Part shown: piece after piece, positions 39,229 through 53,169 of the stretch
Layout: each line of letters begins with the position of its first letter
Numbering within the stretch: position 1 is the first letter of the stretch
NCBI RefSeq assembly: GCF_001194135.2
Contig: NC_068984.1
Span: forward strand, 76,290,417-76,343,894
Direction: 5' to 3'
Length of the DNA stretch: 53,478 bases
DNA from: Octopus bimaculoides
Lineage: Eukaryota
The notes under the pieces: model-generated
Databases searched by the model: none
What the model saw: only the letters and a program-made list of their open reading frames with translations
Told to the model about the DNA's origin: nothing
Translations under genes and position numbers: made by a program

Positions 39229-40302
39229 TACTAGCAGAGGCACCCGGCGTTGCTTGGGAATGAAATTGTTGCTTATATACTTGAAGAAAAAAAGGCAAAA
39301 TATGCTGTATAGAAATTTGAGGACATTCTGTAGATGGACTCTCAGATGAATGATGGCTGGGCGCCTCTCATGAATGGGGAAAATTGAAGATATGCCATTG
39401 GTACTTGGAAACTTTTACGAAAATTAAAATGGGGATTAAATGAAAAAAATGATTTACGTGAATATCCTCACAAGAATAATTGAAATAAATGGCGATTGTG
39501 GAACCCCCGCGCGCGCGCATACACACGTGTGTCTTTGTAAATATGTTTGTATACATTTATGTATGTTTGTGTTTGTAAGAGACNNNNNNNNNNNNNNNNN
39601 NNNNNNNNNNNNNNNNNNNNNNNNNNNNNNNNNNNNNNNNNNNNNNNNNNNNNNNNNNNNNNNNNNNNNNNNNNNNNNNNNNNNNNNNNNNNNNNNNNNN
39701 NNNNNNNNNNNNNNNNNNNNNNNNNNNNNNNNNNNNNNNNNNNNNNNNNNNNNNNNNNNNNNNNNNNNNNNNNNNNNNNNNNNNNNNNNNNNNNNNNNNN
39801 NNNNNNNNNNNNNNNNNNNNNNNNNNNNNNNNNNNNNNNNNNNNNNNNNNNNNNNNNNNNNNNNNNNNNNNNNNNNNNNNNNNNNNNNNNNNNNNNNNNN
39901 NNNNNNNNNNNNNNNNNNNNNNNNNNNNNNNNNNNNNNNNNNNNNNNNNNNNNNNNNNNNNNNNNNNNNNNNNNNNNNNNNNNNNNNNNNNNNNNNNNNN
40001 NNNNNNNNNNNNNNNNNNNNNNNNNNNNNNNNNNNNNNNNNNNNNNNNNNNNNNNNNNNNNNNNNNNNNNNNNNNNNNNNNNNNNNNNNNNNNNNNNNNN
40101 NNNNNNNNNNNNNNNNNNNNNNNNNNNNNNNNNNNNNNNNNNNNNNNNNNNNNNNNNNNNNNNNNNNNNNNNNNNNNNNNNNNNNNNNNNNNNNNNNNNN
40201 NNNNNNNNNNNNNNNNNNNNNNNNNNNNNNNNNNNNNNNNNNNNNNNNNNNNNNNNNNNNNNNNNNNNNNNNNNNNNNNNNNNNNNTATATATAGTATAG
40301 AT
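39229..40302 (+). mobile_element. Non-autonomous Helitron-like (Lep1/HINE-type) element spanning an N-gap
   Basis: 5' end TACTAGCAGAGGCACCCGGCGTTGC, internal (CA/TG) microsatellite-like tract, and tatagtatagat immediately after the gap. These termini are characteristic of such elements; continuity across the gap is inferred. Confidence 0.5.
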
Positions 40303-40739
40303 ATATATATGTGTGTGTGCGTATACATAAATATACATGCAATAAAAGATGGTGTGTAAACTTAAAATTAAATCATAAGTTAATGTATATACATACACAT
40401 TTAAGCATAGACACACGCAACTATAAAAATGTATGTGTGTGTACTTGAACATTCATCTGATCCATGCTAGTATAGAGAAGTAGATATTAAAATGATATGC
40501 ACACATGTATACATATGATATATATCAATGTATGGCTTGTGTGTATGTATGAATATATATACATACACACACACACATAATATATCATCATAATCATCAT
40601 TATCATTTAACTTTCATATTCAGTGCTAGCATGGTTTGGACTGTCCAACAGGTTCTATCTAACGTAGGGGTTGGACTGGTTTCCAACACACATATATATA
40701 CACACACACACTTCTGTCTATTCATTCATTCATTCATTC

Positions 40740-40793
<54 letters not shown>

Positions 40794-41623
40794 ATATATA
40801 TATANNNNNNNNNNNNNNNNNNNNNNNNNNNNNNNNNNNNNNNNNNNNNNNNNNNNNNNNNNNNNNNNNNNNNNNNNNNNNNNNNNNNNNNNNNNNNNNN
40901 NNNNNNNNNNNNNNNNNNNNNNNNNNNNNNNNNNNNNNNNNNNNNNNNNNNNNNNNNNNNNNNNNNNNNNNNNNNNNNNNNNNNNNNNNNNNNNNNNNNN
41001 NNNNNNNNNNNNNNNNNNNNNNNNNNNNNNNNNNNNNNNNNNNNNNNNNNNNNNNNNNNNNNNNNNNNNNNNNNNNNNNNNNNNNNNNNNNNNNNNNNNN
41101 NNNNNNNNNNNNNNNNNNNNNNNNNNNNNNNNNNNNNNNNNNNNNNNNNNNNNNNNNNNNNNNNNNNNNNNNNNNNNNNNNNNNNNNNNNNNNNNNNNNN
41201 NNNNNNNNNNNNNNNNNNNNNNNNNNNNNNNNNNNNNNNNNNNNNNNNNNNNNNNNNNNNNNNNNNNNNNNNNNNNNNNNNNNNNNNNNNNNNNNNNNNN
41301 NNNNNNNNNNNNNNNNNNNNNNNNNNNNNNNNNNNNNNNNNNNNNNNNNNNNNNNNNNNNNNNNNNNNNNNNNNNNNNNNNNNNNNNNNNNNNNNNNNNN
41401 NNNNNNNNNNNNNNNNNNNNNNNNNNNNNNNNNNNNNNNNNNNNNNNNNNNNNNNNNNNNNNNNNNNNNNNNNNNNNNNNNNNNNNNNNNNNNNNNNNNN
41501 NNNNNNNNNNNNNNNNNNNNNNNNNNNNNNNNNNNNNNNNNNNNNNNNNNNNNNNNNNNNNNNNNNNNNNNNNNNNNNNNNNNNNNNNNNNNNNNNNNNN
41601 NNNNNNNNNNNNNNNNNNNNNNN

Positions 41624-41675
<52 letters not shown>

Positions 41676-42119
41676 CAACATAACAGAATCTTGCAGCTGC
41701 CAAATTATTATTTCTCCCACAGTCACCTCTCTTTTTCTCCATCCTTTTCTTAATCTCTTTGTTATTTTGCTTCTCTTTCCCTTTCTCTGTTTTCCCAATG
41801 TTTTCTCCTATTTTTTTTTTTTTCATATAATTTTCCTAATCATTGTTATGAAAGCCAAGAATTAGTTGAGGAAGGAAATTAGAGAGATTACCAATTACCA
41901 GAAAACAACATGGGTACATCTTTAAATAAGATATTGAATATATTTTAGGAGAGTTATCGTATTTTTCTGTCCTTTCTTTGAGCTATTTCTGTTGTTTTTT
42001 TTTTTGTAATTGTTTAATTATTATTTTCATTTATTGTTATTCTAGTTGTTTTGTGTTTCTTTTTTTCTTTTTTTGTTTATTTGTTTAACCTTACATTAAA
42101 CCAACTAATTCACTCCTGA

Positions 42120-42290
42120 TATCAACTGACAAGGAATATAAGAATCACAATGTTATTCTAGATGCTAGCTTTTAAGAGATCAGCCTTCACTACTTCATCC
42201 AGTGTCTTCCTGGATCTCCCTTTTCTACAGGTTTCATTTACTTTATAGCATCCAGCACAAGACATCTTCTGCTTGTCCCTGGCTTAAAAC
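42120..42290 (-). mobile_element. RTE-like LINE 3' fragment
   Basis: Minus strand VNETCRKGRSRKTLDEVVKADL resembles the RTE C-terminal GRGRPRKTWxEVVKxDL motif. Another RTE end with the family B-like tail lies at ~1170-1330 (-). Confidence 0.6.
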
Positions 42291-44251
42291 TACCTCTTCG
42301 CTCTTTCATACATTCCCCCCTACTTAGTCAAGAGGGCTTTTCCCTTTCCCCCCCTTTTTTCTTTATTCTTGTCTCACAAGTTATTTAGCAACCTCACTAG
42401 TGCCAACAGCACAAAAAAAAAGAACAAAAAACAGCATACATTNNNNNNNNNNNNNNNNNNNNNNNNNNNNNNNNNNNNNNNNNNNNNNNNNNNNNNNNNN
42501 NNNNNNNNNNNNNNNNNNNNNNNNNNNNNNNNNNNNNNNNNNNNNNNNNNNNNNNNNNNNNNNNNNNNNNNNNNNNNNNNNNNNNNNNNNNNNNNNNNNN
42601 NNNNNNNNNNNNNNNNNNNNNNNNNNNNNNNNNNNNNNNNNNNNNNNNNNNNNNNNNNNNNNNNNNNNNNNNNNNNNNNNNNNNNNNNNNNNNNNNNNNN
42701 NNNNNNNNNNNNNNNNNNNNNNNNNNNNNNNNNNNNNNNNNNNNNNNNNNNNNNNNNNNNNNNNNNNNNNNNNNNNNNNNNNNNNNNNNNNNNNNNNNNN
42801 NNNNNNNNNNNNNNNNNNNNNNNNNNNNNNNNNNNNNNNNNNNNNNNNNNNNNNNNNNNNNNNNNNNNNNNNNNNNNNNNNNNNNNNNNNNNNNNNNNNN
42901 NNNNNNNNNNNNNNNNNNNNNNNNNNNNNNNNNNNNNNNNGGTGGTGGTGGTGGTGGCGGCGGTGGTGGCGGTGGCAGCCATTGTTCTTATAGATGCTCT
43001 GTCTTTGTTCTTATAGATGCCATTGTTCTTATAGATGCTCTGTCTACTGCTGTAGAGCATTATGATTAAAAAAGGATTTCATTCATGACCATTTTGTCTG
43101 TCTAGAATCACATTACCTAATGTGTTCTTGCTGATTTTAGACAATAGGGCATGATTTGGGAGAATTTTAGCTTCTATTTTTGGCATAATGAGAGACCACA
43201 TCAGGGTCTGATTTTATTCACTCTGTATGCCTTTATTCTTTTACTTGTTTGAAGCATGGAATTGTGGAAGTTATAGGATACTGCTTTGAAGGGTGGTTTA
43301 GTCAATTACATTGACTCTAGTAATTGTTTTAAGTCTGATATTTATTGTGTTGTACTCTTTTTGCTGAACTGCTAAGTTAAAGGGATAGAAACCAACCTGA
43401 TCATCAAGTGGTGACAGATATACACAAAAATACATGCACACACGCACACATACACACACAACAGGCTTCCTCACTGTTTCTATCTGTCAAATTCACTCAC
43501 TAAACATTAGGCAATCTGGTGCTATAGAATATGCTTGCCCAAGGTACCACATAGTATGACTGAACCTAAACCCGCATGGTTGAGGTGCAAACTTTTTAAC
43601 TACATAACCATACCTGCATCTATTAAAACAAAATTTATTTCCATAATTCCATAATTACACTCTGAGTGGTTGGCATTAGGAAGGGCATCCAGCTGTAGAA
43701 ACTCTGCCAAATCAGATTGGAGCCTGGTGTTGCCATCCGGTTTGACCAGTCCTTGGTCAAATCGTCCAACCCATGCTAGCATGGAAAGAGGACGTTAAAC
43801 GATGATGATGATGATGATGAATTCATATCTCCTTCATGTTACTTAAAAGCTCTCCATCCTTTCTTTCATAAACTTCCTTATTAAACATAGGATAATTAAC
43901 CTGTAATAAACAAAACGGTGTCACAGAATGTATCATTCAGCTTTAAATTGCTTGGTCATTTTGTTTTGCTTTACTTTGTTTTTATGTTATAAAACAGCTT
44001 TATTTCTGTTTTAAACATCAATAGAAAATGTAACATTAGCTTTATGGTAAACTTGACATATGTTTAAAAACAAATTGTTTGCTTAAAATACAAAACTTTA
44101 CCTTCCAAGGTCACTTCCAGCTCTCATTTTTCTCAGTGATCCCCCCTTCCCACACAAATACTTCGTATATTGTACAATTGTAAAACATCCATCTATTTTG
44201 ATTTGAACTTTACCCAGCCTTTAATATCTGGTAACAAATACCACAGCTGCA

Positions 44252-44331
<80 letters not shown>

Positions 44332-45377
44332 TGTGTGTGTGTTTGTATCTATATGTGTGTGTATGTGAGAGAAAGTGCACGAGTATATGTGTATTTTTGT
44401 ATATACACCTACCTTATCTTTCACTTGTTCCAGTCATTAGACTACGGCCATGCTCAGGCACTGCCTTGAAGAATTTTTAATCAAATGAATCAACCCCTGC
44501 ACTTATTTTTTTTTTTTAAAGCCTGATACTTATTCTATCGGTTGCTTTTGCTGAACTCCTAAGTTACAGAAACGTAAACACACCAGCACCAGTTGTCAAG
44601 TAGTGATGGGGGATAAATACACACACACACACACATATGACAGGCTTCTTTCAGTTTCTCTTTACCTAGTCCACTCACAAGGCTTTGGTCAGCCCATGGC
44701 TATAGTAGCAGACACTTGCCCAAGGTGTCATGCAGTGGAACTGAACCCAAAACCATGCAGTTAGGAAGCAAGCTTCTTACCACATAGCCAGATATCTTTT
44801 ATTTTTTACTTGTTTCAGTAACTGGATCGTGACCATGCTGGGGCACCACCTTAAACAGTTTTAGTCAGATAAATTGCTTATTCTATCGGTCTCTTCTGCC
44901 AAAATTTGAGGACACAAACAAACGAACATCAGTTGTGAAGCAGTGGTGGGGACAAGCACAAACACATATATACATGACAGGCTTCTTTCAGTTTCTACGT
45001 AAATCCACTCATAAGGCTTTGGTCAACCTGGGGTTATAGAAGGCACTTGCCAAAGTAGCTACACTGTGGGACTGAACCCAGGATCCCTTAGTTGGCAAGT
45101 AACATGTATTTGAACAACAGAGACAAGTAAGAGTATATTAACACGTTAACCATCACATGTATTGCTGGTGCTTCATCACAAACATCACACAAGTTCCAGT
45201 AACAGACCCGTAACTGTTAACATGCTAAATAACATTCAAGATCAGTTCTTGGTTTATTAAAATGATCTCTGCTTCTAGAGACAGTAGGCCAGTCACTTCA
45301 TGGCTATTGGCACCAAACTCTAAATGAGAAGGGAAGATAACCTCAAGAATCAAGATTTCTATAAAATTGACATGCCA

Positions 45378-45607
45378 TTAATCCTTTCATTACCATATTT
45401 CTGTTGAGATTCTCTGTGTTTCTTTCAATTAATTTTAAATATAACAAGGAGTTTAGTAAAATAACTTAGTTATCATTAAGCTAGTGTTAGGAACATAAAT
45501 GGTGACTAAGGTTTGGTGGAAGATTTCAATTTAGAACTTTTGAAAACAAGATATTTATACTACAGAGCCAGAGACGGTTTCAGCCGGGTTGGTATCGAAA
45601 GGTTTAA
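45378..45607. mobile_element. piggyBac-like MITE with TTAA target duplication
   Basis: TTAA-tcctttcattacc ... ggtatcgaaagg(t)-TTAA. Related copies or fragments at ~10796-11236, ~19113-19318, ~34260-34630, ~36786-36960 and ~46560-46700. Confidence 0.75.
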
Positions 45608-45906
45608 GAGACAAGAGGGCAGCTGTGAGCATGTGGTTCTGCCTCAACAGACATCATCAGTAAAGTGATTGAACTGCCTTATCTCCAGCAGACAGGACAC
45701 TTAAACGTATGTATATATAAAAAAAAAAGAGTAGAACACATTTATTGAATAGATAATTTGCATAAATGAAATGAATCTAAGAGAAATAACTCATGAGTGG
45801 CCAGTGGCATGTATTTGACACATAAATACATAGTCGGAGACAAATAGATATACATGTGTGTATGTGTGTATCCACACACACACTCACATACATATGATGA
45901 TAATAC

Positions 45907-45952
<46 letters not shown>

Positions 45953-47656
45953 NNNNNNNNNNGGGGGAAAAAATTTTTGATTAAAAAAAAAAAGAAAAAA
46001 AGAAAAAACTAGCAAGCAAAAACTTCACGAATACATTTATTAATGTGTTGCTAGTTACACTCCTTCTGAAAGAAAGATGATCATGGGTTTGATCATATAT
46101 GTTCTTGATCAAAGCCTAGCATGGGCTCTATCAAACAGACACTAGAGGCTGAGAACTTCCTACTTCAATGTCACTTTTAAATCTCTTTCTATAAATGCTT
46201 TATTGTCATAAAAATTAGAAACTACATATTTTAAAATTCTTTTATTACCATATTTCTGCTGAAATATATTGCTTCTATTTCAGTTAATAAAAAAAAAAAA
46301 ATAAGAAAAGAATTTAGTAAAATAATCTTGCTATTATTAAGCTAGCAGAATTGTTAGCATACCAGGCGAACTTCTTAGTGGTATTTTGTCTGTCCATATG
46401 TTCTGAATTCAAATTATGCTGAGTCGACTTTGCCTTTCATCCTTTCAGGGTTGATAAAATAAGTATCAGTTAAACACCAAGGTCAATATAATTGACTTAA
46501 CTAATCCTGGGTAAGAGTATAAAAAAACTACACCCCTCTACATGCCTTCATTCTGCAGTGGACTGAACATAGGCAATCCAATCTAAGCTGGTATTCGAAA
46601 CATTAACATGAAATTTTGATGAAAAGTTTTAACTTAAATAACTTAAAAACAAAAAGTTTGCAACTAAGAACCAGGAGTAATCCTAGGCATATTGGTATCA
46701 GAAGAGTTAAGCCCTAATTTTGAAACACCATGTATCATTTTGCTTCTACAATGAAATGATAATAGGGATGATCATGAACACCACTTGACTGTGATGATGG
46801 TGGTGGTAACACGAGTGATCATTTAAATACCTTACCACAAACATGATATGAGGTTGTGAGGACACTTGTATGTAGTAGCTTGACCTGATCGAACAGACCT
46901 AAATCTCCCTTGAACCACATCCCGCCATCATAAGAAAAAAACAACCAAGAAAGAAAAGAAAGAAACTTTAGATAATGTAGTCTTAGATACACTAGTTCCA
47001 AATATAAAAATGAATGGTTACAGCTGGAACATCTTTCATCACAGGTTTGCACAATCAGGGCTAACCTAGAAGGCTTAACAACAATAGTAACAACAACAAA
47101 AATTATGTGAAATGTAAAAGTTGGCCCAAGAAGTTTCATTGTCTGAAGAAGCGTTTATTATTATTCAATGGACAGAAAAATTATATGAAAACAATAAAAT
47201 TTATTCTGTGAAACCAATTACCAAACTAATGTGAAACACAGAAATTGTCCTCAAGCAACTCTGCTAATAAATTACACATGAGATTAAGGAAGAGACAGGG
47301 TGGGAGTAAGTGAGAGTTTCAGTGATTATTTGATAAAGATTGTATTTTTTACTCTTTTTTTTTGTTTTCTTAGTTGTGTTCATAGTAGGATAACTTAATT
47401 CACTGTTGACAAACTTTCTTGTTTCTGTCTCTATTACTACTTTTTTTTTTACTTTAATGAGTTCCTAATTCATTGTTGCGGTGGCAGTGGATACGATAAT
47501 GATGGTGGCAGCTGTTGTTGTTATTTAATCCCAGGTCAGCTCTGATCAAGCAGACTTATATCTGATCATAGGGTGTCCAGCCAAGACCATTGCCTCTCTA
47601 CAGGGTTAGACTACCTTCAGAGCATGTGTTTTGTTTCATTTGTTAAGCAACACAAA

Positions 47657-47778
47657 GCCAACAACAACAGTGAAGTTGAATGCACCAGTTCTTGTCTGAT
47701 CACCAAAGTTAAGCAATGTTGAGCCTAGTTAGTACTTAGATAGTTGACCATTTTGGGAAACCTAGGTGCTGTAAGCAT
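47657..47778 (+). pseudogene. Full-length decayed 5S rRNA pseudogene
   Basis: gttgaatgcaccagttcttgtctgatcaccaaagttaagcaatgttgagcctagttagtacttagatagttgacc...gggaaacctaggtgctgtaagc is collinear with metazoan 5S rRNA. Most differences are CpG to TpG/CpA; no tandem 5S array nearby. Confidence 0.85.
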
Positions 47779-50321
47779 CTCATTCCAACAGTGGTGTCCC
47801 AGCATGCCTGCAGCTCTTGGCTGAAACTAGTTAAAGAGTAACTGTCATTAGAATGTTAGATAGACTTGTCCGACTCTCTGCCTGCTGAGTTCAAATCCTA
47901 CTGAAGTCAGCTTTCTTCCTTTCAAGGATGATAAAATAAAAAAAAGAAGAGTACCAATCTACATTAATGAATTGGCAGAATCGTTAGAGGACTGGTGTCT
48001 GTTCTGGATTTGTGCATTCTGAGTTAAAGTGTCACCAAATAAACAGTGACACCTCTGTCAGGAGTTGCAACCAATAGATAGTATCAGCAATCTGAAGAAC
48101 CAATAGAGACTTGAAGTTAAGTATCTAGTTAAAAAATCTCTACAAGAGATGAGAGCAGTAACTATACTGAGAAGTATAGTTTATTGCCACTTAAACATGG
48201 TGGTTCCATAGGGACCAATGTTACTGCTATTTTTAACCCCAAGAGGATGCATCCTCCAGCTGGTTATTCAATGCAATCTGCACCTGATATATATTGTAAG
48301 CAGGGGAGTGAAACTCTTTCTTCTAACCATGAGACCACCAGACCATATGGTTTCAACCTCTTTGTGATCATCCTCGGTGTGGATACTTGCCCGCTAGAGA
48401 TAGCCGTAATGTTGGTTCCTATGAAACTGCCACGTTTAAGTGGCAGTGAACATTATTCCTCAATAGAAACTTAGTTTTCTTGGTTTTATTGTAGAATCAA
48501 ATCACCACTACAATGAAGGCTACATTATCTTTTTTTTCTTTTATTTTTATTTTATTTGTTTCAGTCATTAGACTGTGGTCATACTGGGGAACCACCTTAA
48601 AGGGTTTAGCCTTACAGATCAACTCAGTATCTGCTTTTTTTAAATCACCTATTGTCAAACAGTAGGGGATAAATACAAATATGATGTACACACACACACA
48701 CACACACACATATATAAGCAGCCCAATCAATCAATACACCCCTAATGTTGTCGTCCCCACTCTCTACACCATGTCATCCACTACAGCTCCTTCATCCATC
48801 AGCCATACTGATACCACTTTTCTCTCTTGCTACCCAGAACCATCTCAATTGCTAGCCATTCCTTATCCATTAATATTGTTCTCCACCACCCACATGTTAC
48901 AGTGGTTTCCCTTCTCTCTGGGTTTGTTGGTTTGCGAGCTGCATGGTAACTTTAATGATGTTGGTGGCATAGAAAAAAACACCCAGTAAAGTGGTTGGCA
49001 GTAGGAAGGGCATCCAGCCATAAAATCCATGCCAAAGCAAACACTGGAGTACAATGCAGTTTTGAAGTCATTGGATCCTTGTCAAACTGTCCAACCCATG
49101 CCAGCATGGAACATGGGCATTAATTCATGATATATGCGTGTGTGTGTGTGTGTGTGTGGTTTTATATAAATCCCTTACCTTGACATCTTGCGTTGGTTGT
49201 AAATGAGCATCATTTCCATGAAAAATATATCTAGTCATGGGGAAATATTACCTTGCTTGGAAATAGGTGAGAATTGGTAACAAGGGGAGCATCTGGCTGC
49301 AGAAAAAAATGTGCCACAAAATTCTATTTGACCTATGCAAGCACAAAAAAAAATGGATATTAAATAATGATGCTGTTTACACACACAGGCACACGAGAAA
49401 TTATGATAAAAACAATTGTTCCTACATACATTTCACTATTGTTGTTGTTTGGCACTCTGCATTGGAAGTGCAATTGAAAGCTTAACTATAGTGGATCATC
49501 AGGGGTACTCTTTATTGCATTGTTACTGAGATCTTATGTAGAAAGCACTTGACCAAGGGGCCACACAGTGTGACTGAACCTGAAACCACATGGTTGCAAA
49601 GTGAGCTTTTTGACCACTCAGCCATGCCTAAAGAGATTTTTTTTTAACAAGAATACAGCATGGTGTTATTTTGGGAGATTTTGGCCATTCAAATAGGCTG
49701 AACAACATCATAAAAAAGGTCTGTCTCATTGATTTATTTGCTCTGTTACAGGCTCAAGGTTCCCAACTAGTCAGATACCATTTCAGTGTTATTATCTGTA
49801 CATATTCATTGATATATGCATGACTGTGTTGGTAAGAGGTTTACTCTGCAGATGCATTGTTTCAGGTTCTGTTCCACTGCACTATGCCTTGGGCAAGTGT
49901 TTTCTATAGCCTTGGGACAACCAAAGCCTTGTGAGTGAATTTGGAAGCTGAAATTTAAAAGAAACCATCTTCTGTCTCTCTCTTTCTCTCTTTTTATGTG
50001 TGTGTATGTGTGCATGCAGATGTGTGCACACTCACATGCATATATGTATGTTTGTGTTTCCTTGTATCGACATTGCGTGATTGTTGTAAATGAATATCAT
50101 TCATTTCCTGTACTCTGCAAAAACATTTTTGGCCATGGTGAAATATTACCTTTCTTGGAAACAAGTAGCAGGTTGGCAATAGGATGGGAAGTATGGAAAA
50201 GTGGACATCAAGACAATAATGATGTACTGTGTATGTGTGTAGTTTGTCTCTCACTGCTTGATAATCATTGATGGTTTGTTTATTTCCCTCATAACTAAGC
50301 AGTTCAGTAAAAAGAAGAAAA

Positions 50322-50525
50322 TACAAGGGTCAGCTGAAAAGGTCATAGGCTGACCAAGATACTCTCATAGAATGTCACGAAATGAAGTTTATTTCTCAAT
50401 ATAGTCCCCTTTGCAGTCCACACACTCTTTCCATCAGTTGCAGTATTTGGACCCCATTGATGAAGAAGCTTTTATCTTGTTTGTCAAGGAAAGTTATCAA
50501 CAGCAGATATGACATCATCATCACT
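50322..50525 (+). mobile_element. mariner-type non-autonomous fragment (one TIR)
   Basis: Begins TAcaagggtcagctgaaaaggtcataggctgacc, similar to irritans-type mariner TIRs, and interrupts a SINE. Second TIR not seen. Confidence 0.45.
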
Positions 50526-50702
50526 GCGTTACTGGTTCCCTCACAGAATAAGTAACAGACCTAAAATAAATACTGGGATCAGTTTGAAGCACCACCTAAG
50601 TTGGTGCTCCAGTATGGCTGCTGTTCTTTGACTAAAACAAGACTTCTGCTGTCTGTGATGGATGGTCAGGATATTTCTCTTCCACTTTATCAAGCTCTCT
50701 AA

Positions 50703-50745
<43 letters not shown>

Positions 50746-51066
50746 TTAGTGGTACTTTTTTTTTTTCAATTATTATTTATTGCTCACTCTATCCATCAGT
50801 TTATCTCATCAATTTTGCTTGTTTCTCTGCATCTCATACAAATCGTAATTATAAAGTTTGAAATTTCAGAACCAGCTCCCACCTCCTTTCCACTGGTTTC
50901 TATCTTTTATTTTTCTATTTAATGTCTCTTTTATTTGTCACTTCATAAACTTTTTTACTAAGTATTTTCTTTTACCGTACTTTGTATAATTTGTTTCAAG
51001 CAAGAGAAGTTTTTAATTTCATTTCAACTTCATTAAAAGAAATGTTTGTTGTCATTATTATTATTA

Positions 51067-51110
<44 letters not shown>

Positions 51111-52098
51111 GTTACTTAGCCCCAAGTCAGCACTGACCAAGTAGACCTATGCTGTTCCAACTATAATTATATCATCATTTTCCTCCCATCGGCATGCATG
51201 CGGCCAAGGATCCATTTGTTCAATTTGTGTTTTTCTAAGACAGGGGTGGGGAAGTGACTTGAAACCTAGCTGCCGTTTCTAGAAGGTTGAGCAGCTCCTT
51301 AGAGCAGGTGGGCATGAGTATCCTTTTTCAAGAAGTGGGCTACATGCGACATGGCTCATCTGGTAGGCCATACCAATAAAAAAACTAAAGATAATTTTTT
51401 TGCTTGGTGTGCTATTGAGAATTTCCCCACAGGCCATGGACCACCTCTATGTGCTCCCCCATTGGCTCATTATTATTGTAGACGTTGGTGTCGTTAGTGA
51501 TGGTGGTGGTAGGAATAGTTTTGTTTCGTGTTTCTTTGATAGTTTTATTGATTTTTTTTTTGATTTTTTTACATAACTCTATTTCATTCATTTTTTTCCA
51601 CTGCCCCAAAGCATTCTCTTAATTTGTTATTATGGAGTTTTTCTTTTTTAATTATGTACTAGCTGTTGTTGGTTCTGTTTGTTTCAAACATGAAAAAAAA
51701 AAAAAGAAAACAAAAGACATTGCTAAACATTTCGTTCTTTATAGTTAAATAGAAGTAAAAGATAATAATGATGATAATAAATTTCTGAAATAATTTAACT
51801 GTTCAGTTACTTTAATATATGACATTTTTATAAATTGCACTTGTTGCTGCTTTTTGTGTGTCTTTTGAAATTTTTTATTTTTTTTGCTTATTTTTTAGGT
51901 ATGCATCACAGTTACATTTCACAATTATTCAAACCAATTTTCTTATTTTCTCTTCTACTCTATCTTTTTCTTTGTCCCCTTCTCTCTCCATAAATATATA
52001 TATATATATATATAACTCTCTTTCTTATCTCTTTCTGTCTCTTGTCTCTGTCTCTCTTTCTTGCTCAGTCTCCCTTTCTTTCTCTTGCTCAATTACTG

Positions 52099-52143
<45 letters not shown>

Positions 52144-52153
52144 NNNNNNNNNN

Positions 52154-52193
<40 letters not shown>

Positions 52194-52373
52194 GTCTCTC
52201 TGTATGCATTCCTCTATGTCTCTCTCTTTCTGTCTCTGTCTCCCACACCGTTCACCACCTCAAATACAAATCTACAAAATGCAAAATTGAATGCATTCCA
52301 ATTACATGCACTATAAACTACATTAAAATTATTTTAATCTAAAAATATCATTGATTATTCTTATTGTTGCTAG

Positions 52374-52430
52374 TATTGTTATTATTGTCTTCTTTAATAT
52401 TTTCCTGCCCAGAGAACCATCCAAAGGCAG
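52374..52430 (+). CDS. Candidate downstream exon of the NEF1-like gene
   Basis: Acceptor ttcttattgttgctag, donor CAG|gtgatt; 57 nt, phase 2 to 2, compatible with 29788. Translation (G)IVIIVFFNIFLPREPSKG loosely resembles recalled NEF1 VFYWIFAIPRVSSF. Low complexity; the true exon could lie in an N-gap. Confidence 0.3.
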
Positions 52431-53032
52431 GTGATTAAATTATTCTATGGAGCTGGCTGGACAGAGAATGTGCGTGTGTGCTCTGTGTGTGCGTGCGTGC
52501 GTGCGTGTATGTGTGTATGTGCCTGAACTTCAGAACAGTGAATATGAAAGCACAGTGCAGGAAATGGTTAGTTGGAAAATAACTAACATAGTCAATGCTG
52601 TGTGCTACAACTATGCCATAACTAACTGTAGTGCAGACCTATGGTATTTTTGTTAGTATTTGGGAGTTATCTAATAACAGTATAGACCAAAAGAGGTTAA
52701 TTAGTATTACAAAACCAAACTAACAACAGTGCTGATCAATAGTTTTGAGAGAGATGAAGAGACATGGTACACACAATATGGAAGAAGAAATTATGCAGCA
52801 AGTCAGCATTACAGATACAAAACAATCTAACATATACAAACACAAGAGTGATTATGGTTGGCTGGTAGTTACACAAATATTTCTTAAGTGCACCTTATGA
52901 ATGTTCTTTTTAGTAACTTCAGTCATTGGACTGCAGCCATTTAAGTCAAACTGTGTATAAAGGGATACAATCAGGACGGAACCAGTTGATATAATCAACT
53001 AACCTCTCCCTCCTAAAATCAGTGACTTTGTT

Positions 53033-53069
<37 letters not shown>

Positions 53070-53169
53070 GTACCAGTTGAATATTGAGGTCAATGTAATT
53101 GACTCATCCCCTCCCCCAAAACTGCTGCCCTTGTAGCAAAATTTGAAACCATTATTATTATTATTATTT

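Larger units (their letters stand above)
21387..52153. other. Assembly gaps (nine N-runs)
   Basis: N-runs at 21387-21595, 27118-27366, 34853-34862, 37626-38060, 39584-40286, 40805-41623, 42443-42940, 45953-45962 and 52144-52153. Most abut microsatellites and could hide exons. Confidence 0.98.

Noticed and set aside
42231-42330. Candidate next exon after ctcccttttctacag (GFHLLYSIQHKTSS...)
   Set aside because: It lies in the antisense of an RTE-like LINE fragment, has no good donor and ends in a stop.
42978-43045. Short tandem duplication ttgttcttatagatgc x3
   Set aside because: Ordinary slippage-type duplication next to a gap, with no functional signal.
37432-43060. Long ORFs of 190-360 aa
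   Set aside because: Composed of X residues from N-gaps plus microsatellite dipeptides.
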